DNA of 64,000 bases from Pavona decussata (taxonomy: Eukaryota), in assembly GCA_977016875.1 (NCBI GenBank), contig CDRNST010000119.1:682001-746000 (forward strand), given 5' to 3'. The notes beneath the pieces are model-generated. The model saw only the letters and a program-made list of their open reading frames with translations. It did not search any database and had not been told where the DNA came from. The stretch's first letter is position 1; every line of letters starts with the position of its first letter. The position numbers were made by a program, and so were the translations under genes. Shown piece by piece: positions 10,707 through 23,567 of this stretch.

Positions 10707-13700
10707 GAGCGAATGCCCACAGGAATCAAACAAAATCGGAAAATAGCGGCAAAAGTGTAAAACCTCAAAATCGCTCAAACTTTGGCTATCAGTAGCCCAC
10801 TTTGAGTTATTTATCGCAATGTAATTAATTTGTCAAATAACTTTGTTTTGGCGGAAAATGACTATAATAAATGTCGGTGCTAGCCACGAGAAATTTCGAC
10901 TTGAAAATTAACGGTTTTTAAGCAAGTCGCTCGCCTTAACTGTAGAGCAAGAAGACATCCTCTTATTATCAGCTTATTCTACATCTCTTCCCGATTTGAT
11001 TTTATTATTTCTATGAAGTTTGAAAAAAACCAAGACATCGAGAGGGACCTGAACGAAATCCCACTGTTACTCTATGGAAGTGACGAGCTAAATTTAAAAG
11101 ATTATTTACTATACTACCTTTATCACGAATGAGGTGAAATTTCAAGAGTAAAGTAAGGAAGAAATGGGCTCTTAATTGATGTAACGTTTGTTCTGGGGAA
11201 ATTAAATTGTTGTCTATAACAGAGCACTAAAAACCACTGAAATACAGTCAAATAAGAGATTGCGTGACAGATTGTGACAGAGGTTACAGTTGTGTTTTAT
11301 GGATATTTAAGCCCGAACTCGATATTAATGCTGTTAAAAAACAACAGCATTCTCTTTTGAGAATGTAATGGTTTTCTCAAATTATATGAAACATCGTTCG
11401 TACCTTGTGTAAACAAATTCATAACTCTGACGAAAAAAAAGTTATGACATCGCGAGACATCGGGAGGTGTTCTTGTCTCCGACCCCTCAATCCTTTAACT
11501 GTAGTTTCCTTTCGAAGTTATCTATTTCTTTGTTGCGTATGAGATAATTTGTCTTTATTCTATTTGGTTGTGAGAACTACTAACTCGTTTCATTTAGCAT
11601 GAGATCTAATCGTGACAATAAATGCTATTATTGCCGACTTCTGACATCATTGATTGGCAACAAAATTTCAGCTAGTTGTGTATAAATGCCGTATTTCCTC
11701 GAACAATAGCCGGGGCAATTTTTTTCCACACTAAAAGAAGGCAATTATTTGAGCGTCCAACTGGGACAAACTTTCCCGTTGTATTAACAATTCGTTCTGA
11801 TACTACTTTGGAAATACCCCGATCTGCTTGTCTATTTATTCCATGTTTGGATAGGATTTGAGGTGCACAGCACTTAACGCCTGTGATATGGGCAAACGGT
11901 GTCCAATTTCCGTGCTGAAGTCTCTTTCTCCTTGAAAACACCCACTCTAGCAAGTAGCGGTTCCCTCTCCTTGTTTACCTGAAAATGACCAGTAAGAGCA
12001 ATGATCCGTAATATTCTTGGAGCAATTGCGTAAAGTTATTATTTCAAGACTCCTTCTTTTATCTAACCTGTCATACGAGTAGGCTGTTTCAGTTATACTC
12101 TGAAAAGAGCACGAAAACTGCGAAAACGCCATTGCAGTGCTGCACAATACAAGAAAACTAGCTAGCTTTACAAAGCGCGTCACTCTGAGTAAGAAAGTTC
12201 TGTGGGAAAATTTCAAACCTTTTGCGTGGAACTAGTTTATAATTGGCTATCAGCATAGCAACTCGCTCAAATAGTCAATTTCAAGAGTCAACAAAATAAT
12301 TCTTTCCAAGGGTCCGGACGCACAGGACTGACAAAATTTGTTTGGCCCTTCCAAAAATCTCAACAAAAGTTGTCTCTGCTAAATTTTCAATTTGTCAAGC
12401 GTGGGCGCACTGAGACTCAGCAAAATATTTGTTAACCACAAATGTCAATCACACGGAAATAAACAGCATCGCTTGCGCGCTGTGCGCGGGAAAGGTTACA
12501 TGAGATCGCAGGAGTCATGGGCTTATGGTGATCTTTATCCGCTTCGATCGAATATGTTGCCTCAGCATATTATTGCTTGTATTCTAGTTTTTTTTCTTCC
12601 TTGAATTCGTTCAACTCCAGCAGAGGCATTTGCTACTTGTACTATGCCAGTAGAGGCTTCACCTTGTTCGACTGCAACTGGTTCAGTGATTTGTCCTTAG
12701 AAGCCAGCGAAAGCCTCATCCTTATTATTGGAACCTACCTAGGCCTTTGCAATTCTTGGTTTGAAATTCATTTTCATAGGCGTAATATCCCCGAAGAATT
12801 CTTTTAGTGATAATAATAGAAATGACAGGCCTGCAAGACTCACTGCGTTTTGTTGTGTACATTTTTTATGAACGCTGCCTTATATTTTTGCAATTTTTTA
12901 TATTTTCTGAAATACTCCCACTAAAAATAGAGATCAAATTTTCTTGATTGACACTTTCCTTCAAATCATGGCGTGTAAATTAACAAATCTGTCAGATTTC
13001 ACGCCTGACAAAAATTTGTCCTGCTCCGAGGCAGGATGACGGCGTCTTTGAAGTTTGGTAAGCCTTGACAAAATTTGGTAGATCTAAAAATCACCGGGCG
13101 CACTTGTCTCAGGGAATTGGTGACAGATTTTTTCGCAAAATTAACAAAAATTTGCCCAGTGCGTCCGGGCCCTTGCAAGTCTAATATTAAACAGAAACTA
13201 GGGACCTTAAATTTTGAAGTCTCTGTTTTGCCAGCTTTCTATAATTTGTGATCATCCGCATTCGTTTTTTTTTTTAAACTAGTAAAGAAACTCGTAATCA
13301 TCCAAGTAAAGAGACAAGTATGTGCACTACTGGCTGCGTGAAAATTGGCGAGGGAGTGAGGGAAAGCTTGAATGATCAAACAAAATGATGAATAATAAAA
13401 ATCAGCAACAATAACAAGGTCATCAATGTATTTTCATCCGGTTAGGTCTGAATGTTTCCCAAAATACGTTTGTAATATCTGTCACGGTGCGTCACGCAAT
13501 CTCGGTTTGATTTTGCGATTTTGTCAGATTTTGAGCGGTCTTCCACAGAGCACAATTAAGTTTCCCCGGAAAATTTTTTATTTTAGTTGAAAGCCCATAT
13601 CCTCCTTAATTCACTCTTACATTTTCATTTGATTTGTGATAAAGGTAGTAGGATAAATTATGTTTTCAATTTAGCAAGCGATTTCTATAGAGTAACGGGT

Positions 13701-14028
13701 CCCTTTTTTTCTGGTCGGTGTCAGTGATGGGAATTAAAAGATAAAACCCGAAAAGGTTGTAGAACAAGCTGATAACAGATAGATGTCTTCTAGCTTTATC
13801 AGTAGGGTAAGTGGGTTGCTTCAAAATGACTGATTTTTCAACCCGAATTTTCTCGTGTCTGGCTATGAAATCAATCCTCGTCATTTTCTGCCAAATCAAA
13901 AAGTTATTTCACAAATGAACCACACAGCAATGAATAACTTAATATGGACTACTAATAGCCAAAGTTTCAGCTATTTTCAAAATTTGAAAGTTTGCCGCAC
14001 AATGTTCGATTTTTGTGTGCACGCGCTC
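10707..14028 (-). mobile_element. Sola3-type DNA transposon derivative with ~580-bp imperfect TIRs
   Basis: TTAA at 10703-10706 and 14029-14032; termini GAG...CTC; 10707-11288 aligns in inverted orientation to ~13472-14028; Cys/His-rich transposase N-terminal remnant at 11750-12130 (ICPYHR, DRGISK, FVPVG). Confidence 0.75.
12307..13175. mobile_element. Unclassified non-autonomous TIR element nested in the Sola3 element
   Basis: TIR caagggtccggacgcac / gtgcgtccgggcccttg and subterminal gacaaaatttg repeats; no convincing TSD. Confidence 0.6.
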
Positions 14029-14137
14029 TTAAGCTCTTCACTACTCAGGTTTAGAATAACGTTTCAGATTTCATCAACATGCCCTATTCAGAAAAAAAGA
14101 AAAGATTGCACTCAAAATGATACTAATAATAATTGAA

Positions 14138-14510
14138 AATTGTCGCTCCCTTTTTTCAGAAGATTGTTTTAAAATTCTCGACTTTGCTTCCACAGGCTTC
14201 CAATTGAAAATCAAGTAGGCCATGTACATTCTTTGGAAGCAGCCTTCTTTTAATTCCCAAGTCAAACTTCTTAATTTGTCTCTTTCATACTAATAATTAT
14301 TAGTCTCCTTTCTTAGCTTAAATAGTTTACCCCTTTTTTTGGGTTGCGGCTTCATTCTTAATTATTAATTTTAATATCTCACTTTGCTATACTATTTATT
14401 GCATATTTTAATTTTATTTCTCACTGTACAACTGACGATCGATGATGTCTCATCTGAAACATGTATTGTCTTTATTATAAAAGAAATCAACCTCAAAAAC
14501 AGTGTGGTTC
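14138..14510 (+). mobile_element. Penelope-like retroelement 3' fragment (GIY-YIG C-terminus plus pseudo-LTR)
   Basis: CFKILDFASTGFQLKIK*AMYILWKQPSFNSQVKLLNLSLSY* followed by a hammerhead motif. Confidence 0.75.
14428..14469 (+). ncRNA. Minimal type I hammerhead ribozyme (Penelope-associated, possibly decayed)
   Basis: ACAA-CUGACGA-uc-GAUGA ugu c UCAUC-u-GAAAC-AU-GUA-UUGU: core boxes, stem II, palindromic stem III (ACAUGU), stem I ACAA/UUGU. Confidence 0.62.
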
Positions 14511-14544
14511 ATTGAAACGATATCTTTGTGCTGCTATGAAGCCT

Positions 14545-14567
14545 TAATAATAGTAATAATAATAATG

Positions 14568-14604
<37 letters not shown>
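14545..14604. repeat. (AAT)n microsatellite
   Basis: About 20 near-perfect AAT units. Confidence 0.97.
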
Positions 14605-14605
<1 letters not shown>

Positions 14606-15850
14606 TTTATTAAAGTTTCTAACTTGAAGCTGTATATGGCTGGAAATTTTGCGTGGTGTTCTACCATTTCTAAATTTTTAATAACGTCTCTGGAGTTTGC
14701 ATTTTTGTGGCAAACCTAAGCATTGATACTAAGAAACATTTTTTTTGTTCATATACCTCTTGTAATTGTTGTAATTGTTTATTTATATCCATACCAAGCA
14801 CAAAATCTGTTCATTACATAAACAAAATTTGTTGAAGCCCAGTTGATTTTTTGCTCAATTCAGTTGTTACTGTACGTAATGAAATGGCTTACCATAGGTG
14901 GGCGAAACAGGAACTTCCTTCACAACTTCCTCACCAAGTTTAAACTTAAGGTTTGATACGTTAAAGTAGTCCTCTCTCTTGTCAGATTTTTTAGTTTGTG
15001 TCTGAAGATTCTCACATTAAAGTGCAGAGAAGCCAAAATATGCCTAACATATAAAGACGAAAAATAGCAATAAGCTGACTGTGCAATTGTCATAACTTTT
15101 CTCACAGTGTATCTCCTGCTGATTGACTTCTGTTTATCTTTACCTGCAGAACGTTCCCAACCAAGAGAAGCACACCATCTTTGGGTGCCGATGGTTAAGG
15201 GCAGAATGAAACCCCTCCAGGCAACTAGTTTGTCCTTCTGGAGAAAGCTTCTTTATGTCACTTATCAGCCTTGTACTCATTAGCAGCTTGTGTAACTTGT
15301 TGTATGCATTTATCCCTATCTAGAAAAAATCGCACTCAAAATGGTTGGCAAAGGAAAGGTACAATTTACAATGTAGCATAGTTTCCTGTGAATTAAGGTC
15401 GTGGAAAATCAACACAGTAATAGGTGGAAGGGTTTGGGGATTCATGTTTGCTTTTAGGAACATAGTGCAAACACCATATTTTGCTCTGTGGCCCATTGAA
15501 TCGAACCTTCCATCCCCACTCCAGACTACATCCTTTAGGTCCTTGATCTTCTGAAGTAGTGCTGCCTGATAACCTTCCCAATAGTTAAGAACTGCTGGAA
15601 ACAAGAAGTTCTTCTGATTTAAGAAAAGGGTCCTTGCAGTAAACACCGACAGACCAAAGTTTTTAAACACCAACAAGATTTTGCTTATGGATGCTCCAGC
15701 CATGAGTATACTGAAGCTGAGAAGGACATTCCCAGCTGCGTACCTTCCGTTGAACATCATGGGCTGAGACCTCCATGTGTTTGGCTCTTTGTTGCAGCTC
15801 TGGCAGTACTGCTTCACAATGACCGGTAATTTTGAAGAAGAGCTCCCTAA

Positions 15851-16012
15851 ACCGACTGTCGACCGACAATCGGCCAACAGTCGGCCGACAAACGGCCAAC
15901 AGGCGGCCGACAGTCAGCCGACAAACGGCTAACAGTCGGCCGACAGTTTATCAACCGACTGTTGGCCGTTTGTCGGCCGACTCTTGGTAATCTGTCGGTG
16001 AGTTGTCGGTAG
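15851..16012. repeat. Subterminal ~11-bp tandem repeat (gtcggccgaca-like) at the Merlin left end
   Basis: Repeated cggccgaca/cggccaaca units directly inside the left TIR, switching orientation near 15955. Confidence 0.85.
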
Positions 16013-16677
16013 GATTTAGGTTGAAAATGCATTAAAATAAATGCATTATCAAAGAAATAAAAGATTCGCTTAATTTACTTGTGTTTCTGCTTGTGTGTGA
16101 TCATTGCTGGGACGCCATATTGTATTTTTGATGTAACTGTTTACTAATACCCAATCCCCCTCATTTGTCGTTATTAGTCATTTTATTGTTGGTCATTTAC
16201 TTTCGCAAACTTGGTGACTCCTAAAAGAGCCGTTTTGTAGTTTTACTTGTAGAAACGCTCATCAATCTTTTTTTTATTTTTTTATTTTATTTTATTATTA
16301 TTCCAAACAAAACACTACTTACAAACAAAGTACATTACTTTTAACATTAGTTACAAATCACTTACACTACAATACTCTTTTACTTTCACTTTTTTAACAG
16401 ATGTAAGGGAAAAAAAAGAAAAGAGGCGAAAGTTTCATTAAAACAAAAACAAAGAACAATGTATTACTGGTCATTGAAAAAAAAAAGGTATATAAAAAAC
16501 TTGAAAATGAGCATGAAATAAGACATAAATAAACAAGTGCGAAAAGGACAATTATTAAGTGTACTCTTATTTGATCTAGCTTGAGAAGGTCTCCGACGTT
16601 TTATTAGATTAGATTTGCAAAATAAGTAGCAAAAGACACGCACCTTACCCGTATTTAGAATTGTCATATATCTTAAG

Positions 16678-19600
16678 TTAAAGGTGATCAAGGAGAGGTT
16701 TCCATTTTTCAGGAGGGTCGTTGGAACCGTTTTTCTCAATTTCATAGGTTTTCTTTAGAAAACGTAGAAATTGTGGAAAGTTGGGAATTTCATTTTTCAT
16801 TTTGCAAAGCCAAATGTGATATCTGCTCATCAAACAGCAAAAATTAATTTGGAGCTTAGCATCTGAGGTGTCAGGGCTAAGGCCTAAGGCAGTGATCATG
16901 TCAAGGTTTTCGTTCTGAATTAGTGAGCAAGCACGTAGCCAGTTGAATATACTTTTCCAAAAAAGAGAAGTTAACGTGCAATTCCAGAAAATATGAAGCA
17001 AAGTTTCGGTTTCTCCTCCACAGAAAGTGCAACGATCGTTATCTCTAGCTGAAATTTTAAATAGAAAGGAGTTTGTTGCAAGACGTCGATGGAGAAGTTT
17101 AAATTGGAAAATAATAATCTTGGTGCTTTTTGTGCACGTTCTTGCCAGTTGAAAAGTTTTTTTCCAATCAATTTCATCTTCTAGTTTACAATCGTTCTGC
17201 CATTTCGCTTGAGAACTTAGCGGCTTCTCACTCTTAAGTGCTACAAGGTTTCTATAAACTAAGTTGCTGGGTTTTTTCGTCACCGAGAATGATTTGTTGA
17301 AAGGCTTGATATCTTCTTTTTCAATATTGATTGTATTGTTTTTGAATCGTTCCCTCAGGGATTTCAGTGTTGAGATGATTCCGTTAAAAGCAAGAAAGCA
17401 GGGTTTAAGTGAATACTTAGTTTGGAACTCTTTATAGGAAAGGAATGTGGTTGGGTTTTTCTTAAGGTGCTCTATCGACAAAATTCCTTCCTTTAGCCAT
17501 TGTCGAATAAAAGCAGGTTTGCGATCAATTCTAATCAGAGAATTATTCCAGAGAGGTTGCTCATTGTAATGTTGCAAGGAGAGTATATTGTCGGTATGAT
17601 TAACCTCAGCCCAGATCTGCAATATCTCATTGATGAATGTATCGGAAGTTTGGAAAGAGCGCTTAGTATCTGTCTTGTCCAGCTTGCCTAGGAACACCGC
17701 CTCTCCACCATATCTACTGAGTTCCAAATCGAAGAAAAGTTTCCCTTTTCCTAAATTTGTTTTATCAAGATATTTTTTGATCCAAATAGTTTTCAAGGAT
17801 TTATTAAACGAGAAAAGATCAATCATTTTCAGGCCGCCGTTATTGTACTCATTGATCATAATATTTCTTTTGATCTTATCTGGTTTCCCATCCCAGAGGA
17901 AAAGATAGAAAGCATTGTTTATTTTTCTAACAGCTTGGTCATTTGTTTGGAGGGGAGAAAGGATATGAACCAGCTGTGAAGCGATTAGACTTTTTAATAT
18001 CGTGATTTTCCCGAGTAGGCTTAGTCTTCGGTATTGCCAGTTTCTTAGTAAATTCAGAACTTTTTCCGTTTTTTCTTGGAAATTCAAATTCGCAGTTTCT
18101 TCAGGGTCTATTGAAAGCCAAACTCCAAGTGCTTTGATTTTTATTTGCTGCCATTTAGAACCTTTCTCTGGACATAAAACCTCTGGACTTCTCGCCTTTG
18201 AACCTATCCATAACGCTTCAGTCTTTTTGCTATTGAGTTTAAGAGCAGATATTTTACTAAATTTTCCAATAACATCGAGTGAACTTTCTAGTGCACTCTT
18301 TGTGCCATCGAGAATTAGAGTGGTATCATCTGCATATTGGCTTAATTTGATTTCTTTTTGGCCGACTGACACGCCTTTTATATTCGGGTCTCTTCGGATT
18401 GCGCTAGCTAAAACTTCTATCGAAAGAAGAAATAAATATGGGGAGAGGGGGCAGCCTTGCCTTACGCCTCTTTCTATTTTAAAGCAGTTGCTCGTCCACC
18501 CGTTGTTTATTATGCAGCTTTCAATATCATTATAGAGAGTTTTAATCCATTTCTGGATTGAAGGACCAAAGCCATAGTGTTGTAAGGTTTTTTCAATGAA
18601 AGGCCATTCTAGTGTGTCAAATGCTTTTTCAAAATCTAAAAGCAAAATCAGACCAGGAATGTTTTTGTTTGCGGTGTAATTTATGACACTGTCAATCAGT
18701 CGTATGTTTTCACCAATGAACCTTCCTTTAATAAATCCTGTTTGATCGTTATTGACAAGTTTCGGAAGAATTGACTGGATTCTGTTTGCAATTGACTTCG
18801 CAGCTATTTTATAGTGGCAATTTAGTAAAGATAAAGGGCGCCAATTTTTAAGGGTTTTTAGGTCTGCTTCTTTCTTTGGGATAAATTTTATAATCCCTCG
18901 TCTCTGAGTAATTGCCAGGTGACCGTTCTCGTATGCGAAGTTAAGGGCAGTGATCCGAGCATCCGAAATATCATGCCAAAAAGTTTTGTAGAACTCCACC
19001 GGTAGCCCGTCTGTTCCGGGAGTTTTGCCGTTCACCATTTGCTTCAAGGACGAAAAGCATTCTTTCTCTGTTAGCAGTCCCTCGCACGAAAATTGTTCTT
19101 CCTGCGATAGGTGTACATTATTCTGTTTTGAAAAAAACTGGTTGGCTATGTGTGGATCCTGCACGCCAGTTAACTGCGTCGAGTACAAATTTTTATAAAA
19201 GGAGAAGCATTCATGTAAGATTTTATTGTCCGTTGTAATTACGTCGCCATTATCTGTTTTGAGCTGGTTTATTGTTCCTTGTTTATAGTGTCGTTTCTCA
19301 AGATTGAGAAAATATTTGTTATTTTTCTCACCCTCATTGTACCATCGGCACTGTGATCTTAAAATGGCGCCTTTTGTGCGATATTCTAAAAAATTTTTCT
19401 TGTTGCTCTTTTTTGATTTTCAGCATATCTAAGACCTTTCCTCGTTGTAATTCACTAATGTTTTCACCCTCCAGTTCCATTTCTAGCGAAGCTATATTCT
19501 TTTCAATTTTCTCTTCTTGATGGGTCCTTTCTTTTTTCCTTTGTCGTGCATAAATTAGTGATGTTTCTCTCACTTTTAATTTTATCATCTCCCATAGGAG

Positions 19601-20452
19601 AGAGGGACCAACATAAGGATCATTCGCATATTCATCTTTTGTTTGTTGAATAATATCCTTAATTTTGCTAACATAATTGTCTTCGGACAGGAAAGATGTG
19701 TTTAATTTCTAGAGACCTGGGCCCCTGGGGTTAAAATTGGTTTTGATTTCCATAGTTATCATTGAATGATCGGTTTTATATCCAGGGACAATGTCTGCAG
19801 TGTTGATAGTGCCCATTAAACTCTGGCTCGCTAGGAAAAAATCAAGCCTGCATTGAATATTAGGGTTCTTTTGACGCCAAGTGAATCTTCCTTCCTCTGG
19901 GTTTAGTGTTCTCCATATATCAATAACATCCCAGGTCTCGCAAATTTCTTTAACCTCTTTAAGAGAATTCTTATGTGTGGTGGGACGGCCTCCCCTCTTA
20001 TCCTTCATAGTATCCAGTACTAAATTAAAATATCCGCCTATAATTATCTCGTCGCATTGAAACTCGCGTAGATAAGTAGATATATCTCTGAAGAAATCAG
20101 GTTTGTCGTCATTTGGTGCGTAAAGGTTACAAAGAGTGATCATTTTACCGTTTGCTTTGATGTCGCAGATAATGAAGCGCCCATTAGGATCTGAGCGTGT
20201 TTTCATGATTTCTAAATCAAAATTGTTATTAAAAAGGATGCATGCGCCTGCTTTGTTGCTTGTGCAACAGCTGAAAAGGGCTTTATATCCCCATTCAGCG
20301 GTCCACAAATGAATATTGTTTTCCGTGCAATGTACTTCTTGTAGCATACATATCGAGAGCTTTTTGCTTCAATGCCAGTTGAAAATTTCTTTTCGTTTCA
20401 AAACCTCTCCAAGACCCCTTACGTTTAAAGAGCTAAGTTTTAAAGCTTCCAT
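16678..20452 (-). pseudogene. L1/Tx1 ORF2: AP endonuclease, reverse transcriptase and CCHC zinc knuckle (few lesions)
   Basis: SLNVRGL, LQEVH, NLYAPN, RLDFFL, TDH; KTPGTDGLPVEFY, NWRPLSLLN, LDFEKAFD, GVRQGCPLSP, QYADD; CTFCGGETETLLHIFWNC. Frameshifts near 20365 and 19390 and a stop at 19709; 836-aa open stretch 16678-19188. Confidence 0.95.
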
Positions 20453-20946
20453 TTAGTGCACAAATTTGGAGAAATGTAGTATAGATCAAGATGCGTGACC
20501 CATGCAAGAGACCAAGAGCTTAAATAAGCGCACAATTCAATATGCAAAATATCATGCGGAATAAATTTTCGAGACCAGTGGCTAAAATAAAAAATCACAG
20601 TCACATATAAACACACACAAAACAAAATAGTTTTTGCAGTGAGGCTTGGCGTTTTAGCTAAGAAAATCGACAAAAGAACGCCTTAAACAGAGAAAAAAAG
20701 AAAAACAACAACAACAAAGACTTATAGCTTACTAAAGTGCAATAAAACTTCGCTTTTAGGATGCGCGGCGTCGGTGCCTGTTGTTTATAATCAGGACGTC
20801 GTCCGCATAAGCCGTTATTAAAACTGAATATTTTGAAAGAAAACACGAAGCAATATAATAAAGAAAATTTATGCACTTAAAATAAACAAGTGTTTTCCTA
20901 AGTCGGCTGACATTGACCGAAATAACAATGCTTATTACTGATTACT

Positions 20947-21861
20947 TTAGAGTTCTAAGGCTTTTCCTACTGGCCACAGCTTACCTCTAACGAAAAGTTT
21001 ATCTGGTTGCGCCTTACTGAAAGCCGCGGGAATTTTATTTTCCTTCGCTTTCTTGAAAATGGGCATTTGCTTTTTCCTCCTCTGGACGATTTCGCGTGGT
21101 AGGTCTTGGTACATCTTGTAGTTGCTGTCTTTCAGACGCCTTCCCAGTGATAGAATCTTTTCGCAGTCTTTGAACCTCAAAAATCTGGCAAGGATAGGTC
21201 TTGGCTCATTCTCTTTCTTTTTTCCCAGTCGGTGAACTCTTTGGAATTCCACTGTCATCGCGTCCATGTAACCCAACTCGGTATCCATAAAGTTACGGAG
21301 GACCTGCTCGGCGTCCTCTTTATCGCTGCCATCTTCGAATTCGTGAATGTTTTCAAACTTAATGTTCTCCCGCCGGGAGTACGCCTCAAGGTACAGGTTC
21401 TTGGTTTCCAGCTCTTTTATTGTACTGGTTAGCGTCTGGTTCTCTGTCTCCAGGTTTAGAAGCTTCGCGTATATGTTGTCGTACTGTTTATTGATGCCTT
21501 GGAGTTTTGTCTTGTACATTTCTTCGGCGAAATTCGTACTCTCTTTCAGGTCAGAGATATCTTTTGTAGCACCCGCTTGGAAACTTTCTAGAGCTTGGGT
21601 TCTCGTTTCTAGATTCAACAGAGTAGCTTGAAGATTTTTTACCGCCCGCTCAATGGTGTCGAGTTTCTCGAGCTTTTGAAGTATTTCTTGTAGCGTATCT
21701 TGAAACTTTTTCGCCATGCTTGGTGCCACTACGGTGAATTCGTCGATACCTCCGTCGTGATCTTCTTCGCTTCAGGGTTTCTTTGTATCTGGTGAATTGG
21801 TGGATGAATTGGAAGACCTATTTCTTCTCTTCTGTGTCAAAACCTCGGGTGATTCAGCCAT
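20947..21861 (-). pseudogene. L1 ORF1 (coiled coil plus RRM/CTD) with one premature stop
   Basis: ATG at 21861, in-frame TGA at 21772-21774, then LEAYSRRENIKF, FQRVHRLG, PRPILARFL, QDLPREIVQRRK, DKLFVRG. Confidence 0.9.
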
Positions 21862-21940
21862 AAAGTGTTCAGAAACTAAAGGCTTAGGCGGACAGTTTGT
21901 CCACGCTGTCTACTCGGCTGCCTCGTGCATGCTCTCCCCC

Positions 21941-22786
21941 TCATCAAACTTGAGTGGCAACAGCTTCCCCTCTCTCCGCATGTTGGCCATCACGGGTATG
22001 TACCGCCTGAGGCGCCTGCTGCAGACAGCTTCAAGGTCTTTAACTGACGTGGACTGGTCGCGGATGATGAGATCGTGTTCTCTAGAGTCGACGATCTTTA
22101 ACTCTGCTATGGCCACAAAGTCTCGTAGGGTACTTCTGGGGGAGTCGGCTAGCCGAAAAGCATTCGCCATGCTGCAGTCATTTTCTTTTAGGATGTGCAG
22201 GACTTTCTGGTAGCGCTGATGGATTTCCGCGAGGCTGTGCGTACTGACTCGATTTGCACCCCTCTGTTGTTGCTGGTGCTGCGGTTGGTCCGTTTGGCTT
22301 CTGCGAAGCGTCTCCAGCTCTGTCTTCAGAGCGGCGATGGTCTTTTTGGCATCCGCCAACTTGTTTTGGAGGGTCTTTATTGCTTCCTCTCTCGTCCTCA
22401 CCAGGTAAGCCAGCTCTTCAGCGTCAGCAGTAGACTCTTCTAACTCCCTCTCTTTGTCTGCCAGCTCGCCTGGGAGTTCTTGGTTCTGCTACTGCAGGTC
22501 CCTGAGGGACTCCCCTTGTTGTTCGTGTTTTTTTTTTCAACTTATCGTAGAGTCGCTGTAGCTCTTTGTTGGAGGCGGTCTGAGAGGACTGTGATGACTG
22601 CGCTGCTGATGTGGATGGCTCAAGTCCCTTGCACTGTGTTTCTCCTTTTCTTTTCTTTTTCTGTGGAGCCTGGGCAGTGCATAAACACTGGCGAACGTCA
22701 CCATGGCATACACCGCACTTGTGATTGCAATGAAATATGGAGTAGTCACCACCACAGATAATATATTTTAGAACTCGCTGAGACAT
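21941..22786 (-). pseudogene. Cys/His finger + coiled coil + CCDC106-like protein (Merlin cargo); last codons displaced to 16243-16258 by the L1
   Basis: N-terminal ICGGDYSIFHCNHKCGVCHGDVRQCLC, heptad region, then RYQKVL...SMANAFRL...RSTLRDFVAIAELKIV...EGKLLPLKFDE|RFYK*; one frameshift in the A-run at ~22530 and one stop at ~22490. Confidence 0.65.
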
Positions 22787-23079
22787 TATTTTCGGGTGGA
22801 TTCTCGTGCTATGCCTTAACGACACTAATGAAATTTCGAGTTGTAATGCCTTTAAACACTTCGATGGATCGAAATCACAGAGATGTGATTGGTTAGTAGT
22901 TACAGAAAGGAATGCTAATGAATAATTGTGTCATTGTTTATTAGCCAAACCAATTACTTTTGGAAAAAATTTTGCATATGAATACTGTGCTATTACCATA
23001 ACTTAGGTTCCATTGGTCGATTTCGATCTGACCGATGTTATAAAAGGATCACTCAAAATTGAATTTGACTGATTTCACT

Positions 23080-23567
23080 ATGAATCATCACTAGCTACTC
23101 ACCTTAATCCAGAGTTATCAGACTATTTTCACGTTCCTTGTCGATCGTGGCTTACTCGCTGCAAGGCGTGAATGTGATTGCGAACAAGAGATGGTGTTGA
23201 GAGAAAGGCCGTACACGCAAGATGAATACCACTGGGAATGTTTGGCGTGTCGATGTAGAAAACGGCGATCCATCAGAGCTGGTTCCTTTTTCGAAAATTC
23301 AAAGATCCCGCTGGCACATTGGCTGTATGTCATTTTCCTGTGGTCCATTGAAGTTCAAAGCAAAAAAGTGGTAATGCTGACAGGGTTATTACTGCGGACA
23401 GTAACAACAGCACTGCAGGCACTCAGAAACATCTGCTCCCTAAAGATCCTACACGGTCACATTAAGTTAGGCGTGCACGGAGAGACAGTGGAGATCGATG
23501 AATCGATGTTCGGCCACAAACGGAAATACAATAGGGGGCGCATTTCCAAAGGCACCTGGGTGTTCGG
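23080..23567 (+). pseudogene. Merlin/ISXO2 transposase, N-terminal half (deleted after WVFG)
   Basis: GLL...CDC...WECLACRCRKRRSIRAGSFFENSKIPL, TVEIDESMFGHKRKYNRGR, WVFG; runs straight into the right TIR. Confidence 0.92.

Larger units (their letters stand above)
16266..21940 (-). mobile_element. Full-length L1/Tx1-clade non-LTR retrotransposon
   Basis: GGGGG 5' end at 21936-21940, ORF1, spacer, ORF2, A-rich tail at 16268-16300; TSD tcatcaa at 16259-16265 and 21941-21947. Confidence 0.95.

Noticed and set aside
17500-18535. Plus-strand ORFs antisense to the L1 RT
   Set aside because: Shadow frames of the real minus-strand ORF.
20440-20876. Extra ORFs between L1 ORF1 and ORF2
   Set aside because: Short, T-rich, non-ATG starts and no motif; likely spacer sequence.
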